IMG/VR virus record: IMGVR_UViG_3300044492_000085 | Location: 1-48,016 of that record | From: a virus | Reading direction: 5' to 3' (one strand) | DNA: 48,016 nucleotides | Part shown: positions 1 through 7,921 of the stretch, in pieces | Position numbering within the stretch: position 1 is the stretch's first letter | Layout of the letters: every line of letters starts with the position of its first letter | Notes under the pieces: model-generated | What the model was told of the DNA's origin: nothing | Databases searched by the model: none | The model's input: only the letters and a program-made list of their open reading frames with translations | Translations under genes and position numbers: made by a program

Positions 1-127
1 AACCCCAGCGAATGCCCACATCGCGCGTCCCGAGCAGCACCGGAAGAACCGCTGGTGTGGCACCCGAGCCTACGTCACTGCTGGAAGCAGTCAGATTTGC
101 TCGCGAGGGAGCGCCGCGCCTCTAATT
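1..127. repeat. Terminal redundancy, copy A (identical to 47890-48016)
   Basis: Read directly: the first 127 nt (aaccccagcgaatgcccacatcgcg...gcgccgcgcctctaatt) are repeated exactly at the 3' end of the window. Confidence 0.97.
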
Positions 128-141
128 ACAGAGGTGCTTAA

Positions 142-1260
142 ATGCCTACCTATTCTGCGCCACTGCTCGCCCACATCACTACGGCGGCGTTGGACTACTG
201 GATGAACAAAGGGACCGCCTTCCAGGAGGCGATCCAGGAGAAGCCGCTACTGGCGGCGATGGAATCCAAGAAAAAGACCTTCCCCGGGGGTAAGGGCAAT
301 ATCATCATTTCAGTGAAGGGGGATTTCGGAAATACGGCCGCCCCTGGCACTGACGACCAGCTCAAGGGCTACCAGCTCGACGACGCGGTCACTTACTACA
401 CCCCGGCCAACCTGACCCAAGCTGTGTTTCCTTGGAAGGAAATGCACATCGGCATCATGCTCACGCACAGTGAGCTGAAGACCGATGGCATCAGCGTCTC
501 CGACTCCGGCAACATGGACGACGTCAACGAGCACTCCGGCCGCGACGACACCGTCCTGGTTGGGCTGTTGCAGGATGCATTGCAGGATGTCAGCGAGCAG
601 TACGCCCGCTGCATGAACAACCTGCTGTGGACCAACGGCGCCACTGATGCCAAAGCTTTAGCCGGCATGGCGGCGCTGGTCACCGATGATCCGAGCACAG
701 GTATTGTGGCCGGCATCAACCGGGCGCAGAAGCCATGGTGGAGAAACCGCGCCTATACCGCGGCAATGGGAACGGCAGTCGGCACCACGCCGGCGCTGTC
801 AGCCTGGGGCGGCGGTCCGATTACATCCAACGCCGCCAACGGCGGCGCGCTGATCACCCTGCTGCAGAAAGAGTATCGCCAGTTGACCCGGTACGGCGCC
901 AAGCCAAACACGGGGTTCTGCGGTTCCGACTGGCTTGCCGCCCTGGAAGCAGAGCTGCGCGCCAACGGTAACTACAGCATGCAGGGCTTCTCTGGCGCCA
1001 AGGACGTCAGTGTCGGGCAAATTTCCTATGCCGGCACCGACTTCGAATACGACCCGACACTGGACCAGCTCGGCAAGAGCAAGCGTTGCTACTGGTACGA
1101 TTCCAGGGACATCTACCTGGTCGCCATGCAGGACGAGTGGCGCCACCAGCACTCGCCCGATCGCGCACCTGACAAGTACGTGATCTATCGATCACTCACT
1201 TCGACCGGACAACTCTGTGCGCGGCGCCTCAACGGCGCTGTCGTCATGGACATTGTCTGA
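142..1260 (+). CDS. Major capsid protein (assigned by position)
   Basis: 372-aa ORF with an AGAGGTG RBS upstream. It directly follows the portal and scaffold-like genes across the circular junction and is followed by a strong hairpin. Size and placement are typical of an HK97-fold capsid gene. No motif-level recognition. Confidence 0.7.
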   Translation: MPTYSAPLLAHITTAALDYWMNKGTAFQEAIQEKPLLAAMESKKKTFPGGKGNIIISVKGDFGNTAAPGTDDQLKGYQLDDAVTYYTPANLTQAVFPWKEMHIGIMLTHSELKTDGISVSDSGNMDDVNEHSGRDDTVLVGLLQDALQDVSEQYARCMNNLLWTNGATDAKALAGMAALVTDDPSTGIVAGINRAQKPWWRNRAYTAAMGTAVGTTPALSAWGGGPITSNAANGGALITLLQKEYRQLTRYGAKPNTGFCGSDWLAALEAELRANGNYSMQGFSGAKDVSVGQISYAGTDFEYDPTLDQLGKSKRCYWYDSRDIYLVAMQDEWRHQHSPDRAPDKYVIYRSLTSTGQLCARRLNGAVVMDIV

Positions 1261-1271
1261 TCGCAGCGCGG

Positions 1272-1311
1272 GACCGGAGTGCGGGGAGCGGACACTCTTA
1301 GCACTCCGGTT
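1272..1311 (+). terminator. Stem-loop after the capsid gene (candidate attenuator or terminator)
   Basis: Perfect 10-bp arms, accggagtgc (1273-1282) and gcactccggt (1301-1310), with an 18-nt loop, followed by tctaatt. This resembles the post-capsid terminator arrangement of T7-like phages. Confidence 0.45.
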
Positions 1312-1332
1312 CTAATTCCATAGGGAGACGAG

Positions 1333-1809
1333 ATGGCGAAGCAGATCCAATACTGCGCCTGCAAGATCAATCTTGCCGGCCAGAACTGTCACACTGTGAT
1401 TTACGGCGCGCACAACCCGGTGACATGGCCGGAGATACAAGTGCTCCAGGCCTTGCATGGCGACGAGAACGTCATGGACATAATGCCGATCGGAATAGGC
1501 GAAGTGTGGCCGACCGAGGAGAAGAACCGGCTGATGTCGATCTACGGTCGGCAAGTGGTCGAGGCGTGCTTCCCGGGGCGGGCATTCCGCATGGACTACA
1601 TGATGACCGACGAGGTGAACCTGCCGCGCTATGAGGGCGGCGCCATCTCCACCAAGGTTGCGCCAGCGATCACCAACGGCAACGGCGACGACGAGGACGA
1701 CGACGGCGAGGATGAAGTCGCCAAGGCAGGAACCCAACTCGAGCCAATCTTCCGCCCGGCCCGCGGCCGGCGGACACCGCCGCCACCGGAGCATAAGGAC
1801 GCCGGCTAG
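1333..1809 (+). CDS. Hypothetical virion-module protein with an acidic tract
   Basis: 158-aa ORF with a GGGAGACGAG RBS, lying between the capsid and adaptor-like genes. It contains the run NGNGDDEDDDGEDE. No recognisable domain. Confidence 0.55.
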   Translation: MAKQIQYCACKINLAGQNCHTVIYGAHNPVTWPEIQVLQALHGDENVMDIMPIGIGEVWPTEEKNRLMSIYGRQVVEACFPGRAFRMDYMMTDEVNLPRYEGGAISTKVAPAITNGNGDDEDDDGEDEVAKAGTQLEPIFRPARGRRTPPPPEHKDAG

Positions 1810-2606
1810 TGCCATTGGGGGTCACGCTGCTGGAGCTGCGCCGTGAGCTGCGTGCCGAGACTGGCGCGTCGCTCAACCCTGCCCAGGGGATCCAGGCGCA
1901 GGACACGATCGACATACTGTTGGCCCGGCAGCAGCGCGAGCTATGGGACGCCTACAACTGGCAGCACCTGAAGATCTGGACCGACTTGCCGCTGGTCGGC
2001 GGCCAGGCGGTCTATTCCTACCCAAAGGAAATGGCGTTCGACCAAATCGCCAGGGTCTATATCTCGCAAGTCACCCGCGCCGACGTCATGGATCCGCAGA
2101 AGATCACTGCAGCGACCTCATGGTCGCCGCTGACCTACGGCATCAAGGCGCACATGATGCACCTGGGGCCGACCAGCTACGGCACGCCGGTGCGCTGGAG
2201 CAACGTCGCCTCGGTCAATATCGCCGGACCTACTCCGATCACCAACCCGGTCGGCCAGTTCCAATTGCTGCCGGTGCCAGTCGACGACGTCACGCATCCG
2301 CAGCTCGGCTACATGCTGCGGTTCGAAGGCCAGGCGCCGCTGTCGCCGCTGATTGCGCCGACTGACACATGCGTGTTGGATTCCAAGATCATTGTGCTGT
2401 TCGCCGCTGCCGAGATGCTGGCCACCCAGAAGAGTGAAGCCGCGCCGATGAAGCTGACCAAGGCGCAGAACGCGCTGCGGCGGGTGCTCGCCGACCAGGG
2501 GGCGGACAAGCGGCAGAACTACAACATGGGCGGCAACCAGCGCGGCGGCTTCGATCCCGACAAGAGTACGCGCCACGTCCGCTATCTCGACTACATCCCG
2601 AACTGA
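1809..2606 (+). CDS. Putative head-tail adaptor (T7 gp11 position)
   Basis: 265-aa ORF with a GTG start overlapping the upstream stop (TAGTG). It sits between the capsid and the nozzle-like gene. The call is positional only. Confidence 0.4.
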   Translation: MPLGVTLLELRRELRAETGASLNPAQGIQAQDTIDILLARQQRELWDAYNWQHLKIWTDLPLVGGQAVYSYPKEMAFDQIARVYISQVTRADVMDPQKITAATSWSPLTYGIKAHMMHLGPTSYGTPVRWSNVASVNIAGPTPITNPVGQFQLLPVPVDDVTHPQLGYMLRFEGQAPLSPLIAPTDTCVLDSKIIVLFAAAEMLATQKSEAAPMKLTKAQNALRRVLADQGADKRQNYNMGGNQRGGFDPDKSTRHVRYLDYIPN

Positions 2607-2618
2607 TGGAGGGAGTAG

Positions 2619-4055
2619 TTGCCCTACTTCACCATCACCGACTTCGCTGCCGGGTTGGATCTACGGCGCAGTGAGTTGACCGCGCCAGCGGGAACGCTGC
2701 GCCGCATGACCAACGCCCACGTCACGCCGGGCGGCGAGATCGAGAAGCGGATGGCATTCGTGCCGTTCTGGACGGTCGACGCCGCCAGCCGCGGATTGGT
2801 CGAGGTCAACCAGAAGCTCTACACCTTCGGCCCGAACGGCCCATACAAGGTCGAGCCGCCGAGCGGCACTTGGTCGATCGGCGTGCTCGGCCAGCAGACC
2901 ACCACCATCTACGAGATTGTCGACTACGACCTGTTCGACAACAAAGTATTCGTGATCCTGTGGAAGGACGCCGCCGGCAATGTCGGCCGCTATTACGACG
3001 GCCTCGACCTGCCGCTGGCACGCGGCTTCTACTGCCGCACCTACAAGAACAAGATGTACACGGTCGAGCACAGCATCTTGTACTTCTCGGCGATCGGTAA
3101 CGCCGGCGACTGGTCCGGCATGGCGCCGCCGGCGCCGACCAACTTCATCGACCTGTCGATGGGCGACAGCGACATGACCGATAGTGTCGCCTTAGAGGTC
3201 TACTACGACAAGCTGGCGATCTTTTCATCGACCGCGGTGCAGCTGTGGATCATGGATCCAGACTTTACCAAGAACCAGTATGTGCAGACCCTGCGCCAGG
3301 CCGGCACCACGGCGTGGCGCTCGGTGATGCAGTACGGCTCCGGCGACGTGATGTACCTGTCGCAGTCCGGTGTCAGATCGCTGCGCGCCAGGAACTCTTC
3401 GCTGGCGGCGGCCGTGTCCGACATCGGCTCGCCACTGGATCCATTGATGCAGGATCTGTTCCGTGCCATGGGGCCGGACTGGATGAGCGGCACGATCGCA
3501 TTGCTGCAGCCGGTCACCGGAAGGTTCTGGATCATCATGGCGGGATCCAAGGCCGATGAAGCTTCGCCAATGACATCGAAGATCTACGTGCTGTCGGCGT
3601 TTCCTGGTCCTAAGATTACAGCCTGGTCGGAGTATGACGCCGGCTTTGTTATAACCGCCGCGTGTCTGCACCAGAACCGGGTGGTGGTGCGCGACGACAA
3701 CAACACCGTCTACGCCTACGGCGGCACCTCCGATGTCGGTCCGGTGTACGACGACTGCCCGGTCGAGCTGATCTTTCCATTCCACGCCGGCGAGGGCGTC
3801 GCCACTTTCAAGGGCTTCACCGCGCTCGACGCCACCTGTTCTGGCGTGCCGTGGCAGGTGTCGGCCGCGTTCAACGTGGCCGACCCCACGATCGAGGACG
3901 TCATCGGCGAGTTCAACGGACCGTCGTTCCCGCAGGGTAAGATCCAGCTATTCGGCCACGCCACGCACATGTCGCTGCGGCTGCGGTCGCAGGAGCTGGG
4001 ACCGCAAACCCTGTCCAACATGGTGGTGCATTACGCAGGGGCCGAGACCGGATGA
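2619..4055 (+). CDS. Putative tail nozzle / tail tubular protein B-like
   Basis: 478 aa, TTG start after a GGAGGGAG RBS. The N-terminus GLDLRRSELTAPAGTLRRMTNAHVTPGGEIEKR resembles the N-terminal pattern of T7 gp12 (GGISQQP..LR......Q.N.......G..KR), compared from memory. Confidence 0.45.
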   Translation: MPYFTITDFAAGLDLRRSELTAPAGTLRRMTNAHVTPGGEIEKRMAFVPFWTVDAASRGLVEVNQKLYTFGPNGPYKVEPPSGTWSIGVLGQQTTTIYEIVDYDLFDNKVFVILWKDAAGNVGRYYDGLDLPLARGFYCRTYKNKMYTVEHSILYFSAIGNAGDWSGMAPPAPTNFIDLSMGDSDMTDSVALEVYYDKLAIFSSTAVQLWIMDPDFTKNQYVQTLRQAGTTAWRSVMQYGSGDVMYLSQSGVRSLRARNSSLAAAVSDIGSPLDPLMQDLFRAMGPDWMSGTIALLQPVTGRFWIIMAGSKADEASPMTSKIYVLSAFPGPKITAWSEYDAGFVITAACLHQNRVVVRDDNNTVYAYGGTSDVGPVYDDCPVELIFPFHAGEGVATFKGFTALDATCSGVPWQVSAAFNVADPTIEDVIGEFNGPSFPQGKIQLFGHATHMSLRLRSQELGPQTLSNMVVHYAGAETG

Positions 4056-4570
4056 TCGAGATCGCCCAGGCCGACGTCGGCATAATCCGGCATGTGCTGC
4101 AGCACATGCGCGAGGAAGATGCAGCCGAGATGACCGCGGCCGGCACCGACATGGAGCGGCTGCCAGGATTGATCATGCGGCACAAGCTGTTTGCGTACTG
4201 CGCCTGGAGCCTCGACCGCGGCCCGATCTCGGTGTGGGGTGCGGTGCTAAAACGCCAGGGCGTGGCCGCCGGCTTCGCCTTCGGCACTGACGACTGGGGC
4301 CGCGCCGTGTTACCAATGATGCGGCAGATCCGTGGTTTCGTTCTACCGATGTTGGTCGACCTCGGAATACACCGCGTCGATGCGGTGGCACTACGCCACC
4401 GAGATGATGTCCGCAGATTCATGAGTCTAATTGGCGCCAGGGCCGAGGGCGTGTTGTCCGGCTATGGCATCGAGGGTGAGGACTTCATTTCGTACAGGTG
4501 GCTGGCTGATGAATATAGCTGTGACCGAACTACCAAAGCCCAAGCGTTCTGTGCGCACACCGCACATTAA
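4052..4570 (+). CDS. GNAT-fold-like protein in the T7 gp13 position (uncertain)
   Basis: 172 aa with an ATGA overlap to the nozzle-like gene. The C-terminal half, GIHRVDAVALRHRDDVRRFMSLIGARAEGVLSGYGIEGEDFISYRW, resembles the RimJ/RimL-type GNAT C-terminal pattern (RIxAxVxxxNxxSxxxxxKxGFxxEGxLR......G...D...Y). Confidence 0.35.
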   Translation: MIEIAQADVGIIRHVLQHMREEDAAEMTAAGTDMERLPGLIMRHKLFAYCAWSLDRGPISVWGAVLKRQGVAAGFAFGTDDWGRAVLPMMRQIRGFVLPMLVDLGIHRVDAVALRHRDDVRRFMSLIGARAEGVLSGYGIEGEDFISYRWLADEYSCDRTTKAQAFCAHTAH

Positions 4571-5027
4571 CGTCCGCATGGCCGAGGCTAGTGATGCCAA
4601 GCAACTGGCCGTCTTCCTCGGCGAGTTCTTCCATCTGTCAGGCTGGGCCAAGCACCTGAAATATCACCAGGAGAAAACCGAACGCTACCTAGAGAACGCG
4701 GTCGGCACCCAGTTCGCCATGTACGTCATCGCGCTGGATACGCTGGACAACAACAAGCTGGTCGGCGTCTGCAGCTACCATGTGTTCGAGGTGTTCTCCG
4801 AACCGATGGGAGTAATGGACGAGACCTACACCATCCCGAAGTACCAGCGCACCGACCTCGGCCGGCGCCTAGTCGACATGGTGATCACGCTGGCGCGCCG
4901 CGACGGCTGCAAGGTGATCAACTTCCCGATCTGCTCCGGCATGCCGGAGCAGAACTCGTTAATGAACATGATCGGCCGGCACTTCGGTGGCGAGCCGGTC
5001 GGCATGATTTTCACGGTGGTGCTGTAA
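4509..5027 (+). CDS. GNAT family N-acetyltransferase
   Basis: The acetyl-CoA motif A is readable: YQRTDLGRRLVDMVITLARRDGCKVINF (Q/RxxGxG/A-like). The overall beta-alpha pattern starts at HINVRMAEASDAKQL. The start is ambiguous: ATG at 4509 (62-nt overlap with the upstream gene) or ATG at 4578 (8 nt after the upstream stop). Confidence 0.65.
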   Translation: MNIAVTELPKPKRSVRTPHINVRMAEASDAKQLAVFLGEFFHLSGWAKHLKYHQEKTERYLENAVGTQFAMYVIALDTLDNNKLVGVCSYHVFEVFSEPMGVMDETYTIPKYQRTDLGRRLVDMVITLARRDGCKVINFPICSGMPEQNSLMNMIGRHFGGEPVGMIFTVVL

Positions 5028-5386
5028 TGGGTGGCAAGGGCAAAGGCGGCGCGCCGCCCGGCGGCTCGGCCATCACCTGGGGGCCAGTAGCACGATCGGC
5101 CGGCTGGGGTTGGGATCCGCCGAGCGGATTGATCGACGAGCACCAGGCGCCGTTCGAAGCCGGCGTGCCGCAGTCCATACCCGAGCCTGCGGCCGCGGCA
5201 GGGCCGGCCGCATCAGCTGCACCGGACGCGCAGGCTACCGGCGGCGATAGTGGCAGCATCACCACCACACAGGACACTGGCGAGAAGCTCGCCCAGACGG
5301 TTACGGCGCCGTCGATGTGGACTGACCGACTGAAAGCCCAGAGCCTCAACGGCTCCGGCAGCATGCACACAACCGGACAGGTGTAA
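5027..5386 (+). CDS. Small Pro/Ala/Gly-rich virion-module protein, paralog 1 (MGGKG N-terminus)
   Basis: 119 aa with a TAATG overlap. N-terminus is MGGKGKGGAPPGG. The C-terminal motif ITTTQDTGEKLAQTVTAPSMW is shared with the next three genes. Confidence 0.6.
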   Translation: MGGKGKGGAPPGGSAITWGPVARSAGWGWDPPSGLIDEHQAPFEAGVPQSIPEPAAAAGPAASAAPDAQATGGDSGSITTTQDTGEKLAQTVTAPSMWTDRLKAQSLNGSGSMHTTGQV

Positions 5387-5388
5387 CC

Positions 5389-5754
5389 ATGCCTTGGAAC
5401 GACATCGGCGGCGGCTACCACTGGGGCTCCGAGCCGGGCTGGGCGGCGGTACCGGAGCCGCCGGCAGCGGCACCGCCACCGCTGAACCTACCGATGGCGC
5501 CGGCACAGATGGCACCACCGGCCGCACCAGTGGCGCCGCCAGTGGCGCCGGCCGGTCCCGCGGCGCCGGTCGAGCCACTAGGCCCAGCGATCTCACCCGG
5601 CGGGCCGATCATCAGCAAGCTGCAGCCCGGCGGCGGCCCGCCGCAGTCAACCGGCGCCCTGCTGGCTGGAACTCTGTTACCGCCACCGTCGATCTGGGCA
5701 AATCAATCGCAGCGGCCGGCGACCGCGCCGGGCAGCATCAGCACGACCAAGTAG
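5389..5754 (+). CDS. Small Pro/Ala-rich virion-module protein, paralog 2
   Basis: 121 aa. Contains PLGPAISPGGPIISK and GALLAGTLLPPPSIWANQSQ, and ends GSISTTK. Shares motifs with 5765-6208. Confidence 0.6.
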   Translation: MPWNDIGGGYHWGSEPGWAAVPEPPAAAPPPLNLPMAPAQMAPPAAPVAPPVAPAGPAAPVEPLGPAISPGGPIISKLQPGGGPPQSTGALLAGTLLPPPSIWANQSQRPATAPGSISTTK

Positions 5755-5764
5755 GGGGTAGCGC

Positions 5765-6208
5765 ATGGGCTTTAAAGTTTATGACGGCTACGGCGGCTGG
5801 CGAGATGAACCGGACATGATCTACGACGGCTATGGCGGGATGATTAGGAACCCGGCCCTGCCGCCGTCCTATGACGGCTACGGCACGTTCTGGACTGGTG
5901 GCGATCCTGACCCCATACCGGAAGCGCCCGTGGCTGCGCCCGAGGCACCGGCACCGGCACCAGTCGCGCCGCCGATCGAGGCGCCGATCGTAGCGCCCGC
6001 GGCTGCCGCGCCGGTCACACCGGCGGTCGACCCGAACGCGCCGCTCGGGCCGGCGATCTCGGCCGGCAGCCCGATCGGCACCGGCAGCAAAATAACCACC
6101 ACCGGCGACAAGCTGGCAGCGACGCTGCTGGCGCCGCCGTCCAATTGGGACGCGCAAGGCAAGCAGAAGGCGTCGAACACGCAAGGCAGTCTCAGCCTAA
6201 CCAAGTAG
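5765..6208 (+). CDS. Small Pro/Ala-rich virion-module protein, paralog 3
   Basis: 147 aa. Contains PLGPAISAGSPIGTGSKITTTGDKLAATLLAPPSNWDAQGKQ and ends GSLSLTK. The junction DNA ACCAAGTAGG..ATGGGC is repeated at 5746 and 6199. Confidence 0.6.
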   Translation: MGFKVYDGYGGWRDEPDMIYDGYGGMIRNPALPPSYDGYGTFWTGGDPDPIPEAPVAAPEAPAPAPVAPPIEAPIVAPAAAAPVTPAVDPNAPLGPAISAGSPIGTGSKITTTGDKLAATLLAPPSNWDAQGKQKASNTQGSLSLTK

Positions 6209-6216
6209 GAGTAGTC

Positions 6217-6567
6217 ATGGGCGGCAAAGGCGGCGGCGGACAGCAGTACTACCAAGAGCCGCTCGACAAGTCGGGCAACGCAACCTTGGAAGAGGCACAG
6301 CAGACGCTCGCCAAAAAGGCGCCGCTGGACATGACCGGCTACCAGTCGAACATCAACGTCAAGAAGGCGGCTTCGGACGCCACGGCGAAAAAGCCGGAAG
6401 ACACGTCGACGCCGGACAAGACCGCGCTGCCGACTGAAGCGGTATCCGGCACCGAGACCACCAAGGACAGCACCGGCAACATCGTCGCCAAGTCGGTGCT
6501 GACGCCGCCCGGCTTCTGGGCAGACTACAACAAGCAGGCGCCGGTCGATCCGAACGCGCAAGTATGA
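6217..6567 (+). CDS. Small virion-module protein, paralog 4 (MGGKG N-terminus)
   Basis: 116 aa from the ATG at 6217 (AGGAG RBS), an internal start of track ORF 6145-6567. N-terminus is MGGKGGGGQQYY. C-terminal motif is GNIVAKSVLTPPGFWADYNKQ. Confidence 0.6.
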   Translation: MGGKGGGGQQYYQEPLDKSGNATLEEAQQTLAKKAPLDMTGYQSNINVKKAASDATAKKPEDTSTPDKTALPTEAVSGTETTKDSTGNIVAKSVLTPPGFWADYNKQAPVDPNAQV

Positions 6568-6576
6568 GGTGAGCAC

Positions 6577-7224
6577 ATGGGCGGTAAAGGCGGAAGCGGA
6601 CCATCGAACAATCAAATGGTGCAGCTGGAGATGCAGCGCGCCCAGGAAGCTCGCGACAAAGAGAACGAACGCCAGGCTCGGCTCAATCAGGGCAAGACGG
6701 CGATCGACAGCATCTTTGGCAACGACAACTTCGGCGATGCTTTCTACGAGAAGTATCGCAAGGCCGGGCTGGACTACACCATGCCGCAGCTGGAGAAACA
6801 GTACGGCGAAGCCAAGCGCACCTCCGAAGCGGATCTCGCCAGGGCGGGATTGTTACGCTCCGGCGCCGCCGGCTTTGTGCAGAACAAGCTGACCGAGCAG
6901 CAGGGTGTCAACGAGGCGGCGCTGAAGGCCAAGGCCGACACTGATACGGCTGAGTTGCGCAAGAGTATCGCGGCGCAGCAGCAGCAAGCCTACAACCAGC
7001 TGTACGCCACCGAAGACCCGACCGTCGCCGCCAACACGGCAGCAACCTCGGCTGGCAATGCGCAGTTGCAGCAGCCGAACCCGGGCGCGCTGGGCGACAT
7101 GTTCAAGCCGATCGCCATCGGCTTGGGATCCGCGGTCGCGCCGGCGGTCGGAGAATATCAAGCCAACCGGGCGCTTGCCGCCCGGACCGGACGCGAGTCT
7201 GGATCTGGAACCGTAACGGGCTGA
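6577..7224 (+). CDS. Putative internal virion protein (MGGKG N-terminus, coiled-coil)
   Basis: 215 aa with a GAGGTGAG RBS. N-terminus is MGGKGGSGPSNN. Gln/Ala-rich helical sequence. Function assigned from position in the ejection-protein block. Confidence 0.5.
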   Translation: MGGKGGSGPSNNQMVQLEMQRAQEARDKENERQARLNQGKTAIDSIFGNDNFGDAFYEKYRKAGLDYTMPQLEKQYGEAKRTSEADLARAGLLRSGAAGFVQNKLTEQQGVNEAALKAKADTDTAELRKSIAAQQQQAYNQLYATEDPTVAANTAATSAGNAQLQQPNPGALGDMFKPIAIGLGSAVAPAVGEYQANRALAARTGRESGSGTVTG

Positions 7225-7227
7225 ACC

Positions 7228-7914
7228 ATGTGCGACCCAGTCTCGATCATCGGTCTTGGCTTCAGCATCGGCATGTCGATGTACAACATGCAGCAGCAGC
7301 AGGACATGGCGAACCAGCAAAATGCTGCCAACGATCAGTGGGTCGCATACCAACGCCGCCAATCGCAGGAGTATCTCAGGCGGGATGAACAGTTGCGGCT
7401 CAATGCCGAAGCCGCGCGCAGCGGCTCGCTCGAGGAGCTGGACGCTAAGAAGCAGACCGCGGCGCAGGAGAGCGAAGCCGATCGATTGAAGGTGGCACTG
7501 ACGCCGGAAGATATCGCCAACCAGGCCGAGGGCGATCCGAATGCGATCGCCTCTGCCATGTTCTCCGGCCAGGAGCACGGCTCCGACGAGATGAAGAGTG
7601 CCATTCAAGGGCATATCCAGCAGGCGGCGATCGAGGCGAGGAAGCGTATCGCTGCGCTCGCCAACGTGCAGTCCTATGGCGGCTCGCAGTATGGCCTGAC
7701 CAACCGCGCCAACAGCATTTTCAATGCTGCAGGCCAGGACATCCGCCTGGCCGGCAACGAGCGCGCCGGACAGTTGTCCGCCTACAACGTCGCCAAGGCG
7801 GTCGAGCCAATCAAGATTTCACAATACAGCGGCGGCGCCGCCGGGGGCCTCGCTCAAGCCGGCGCCAGCATCGCCGGCCAGGGCCTCGGCAACGCGCTAG
7901 CTACGAGCGTATGA
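7228..7914 (+). CDS. Putative internal virion protein
   Basis: 228 aa with a hydrophobic N-terminus (MCDPVSIIGLGFSIGMSMY) followed by Gln-rich helical sequence. Positional call. Confidence 0.45.
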   Translation: MCDPVSIIGLGFSIGMSMYNMQQQQDMANQQNAANDQWVAYQRRQSQEYLRRDEQLRLNAEAARSGSLEELDAKKQTAAQESEADRLKVALTPEDIANQAEGDPNAIASAMFSGQEHGSDEMKSAIQGHIQQAAIEARKRIAALANVQSYGGSQYGLTNRANSIFNAAGQDIRLAGNERAGQLSAYNVAKAVEPIKISQYSGGAAGGLAQAGASIAGQGLGNALATSV

Positions 7915-7921
7915 GGGCAGC

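Noticed and set aside
6853-7614. Long antisense ORFs throughout the GC-rich modules. Examples: 6853-7614 (-), 12881-13540 (-), 33302-34189 (-), 38034-38978 (-), 10615-11319 (-), 44495-45256 (-), 14771-15454 (+).
   Set aside because: Their products are Arg/Ala/Gly/Pro-rich with no motifs. They lie opposite frames that have clear motifs or operon logic. Long open shadow frames are expected in GC-rich DNA.
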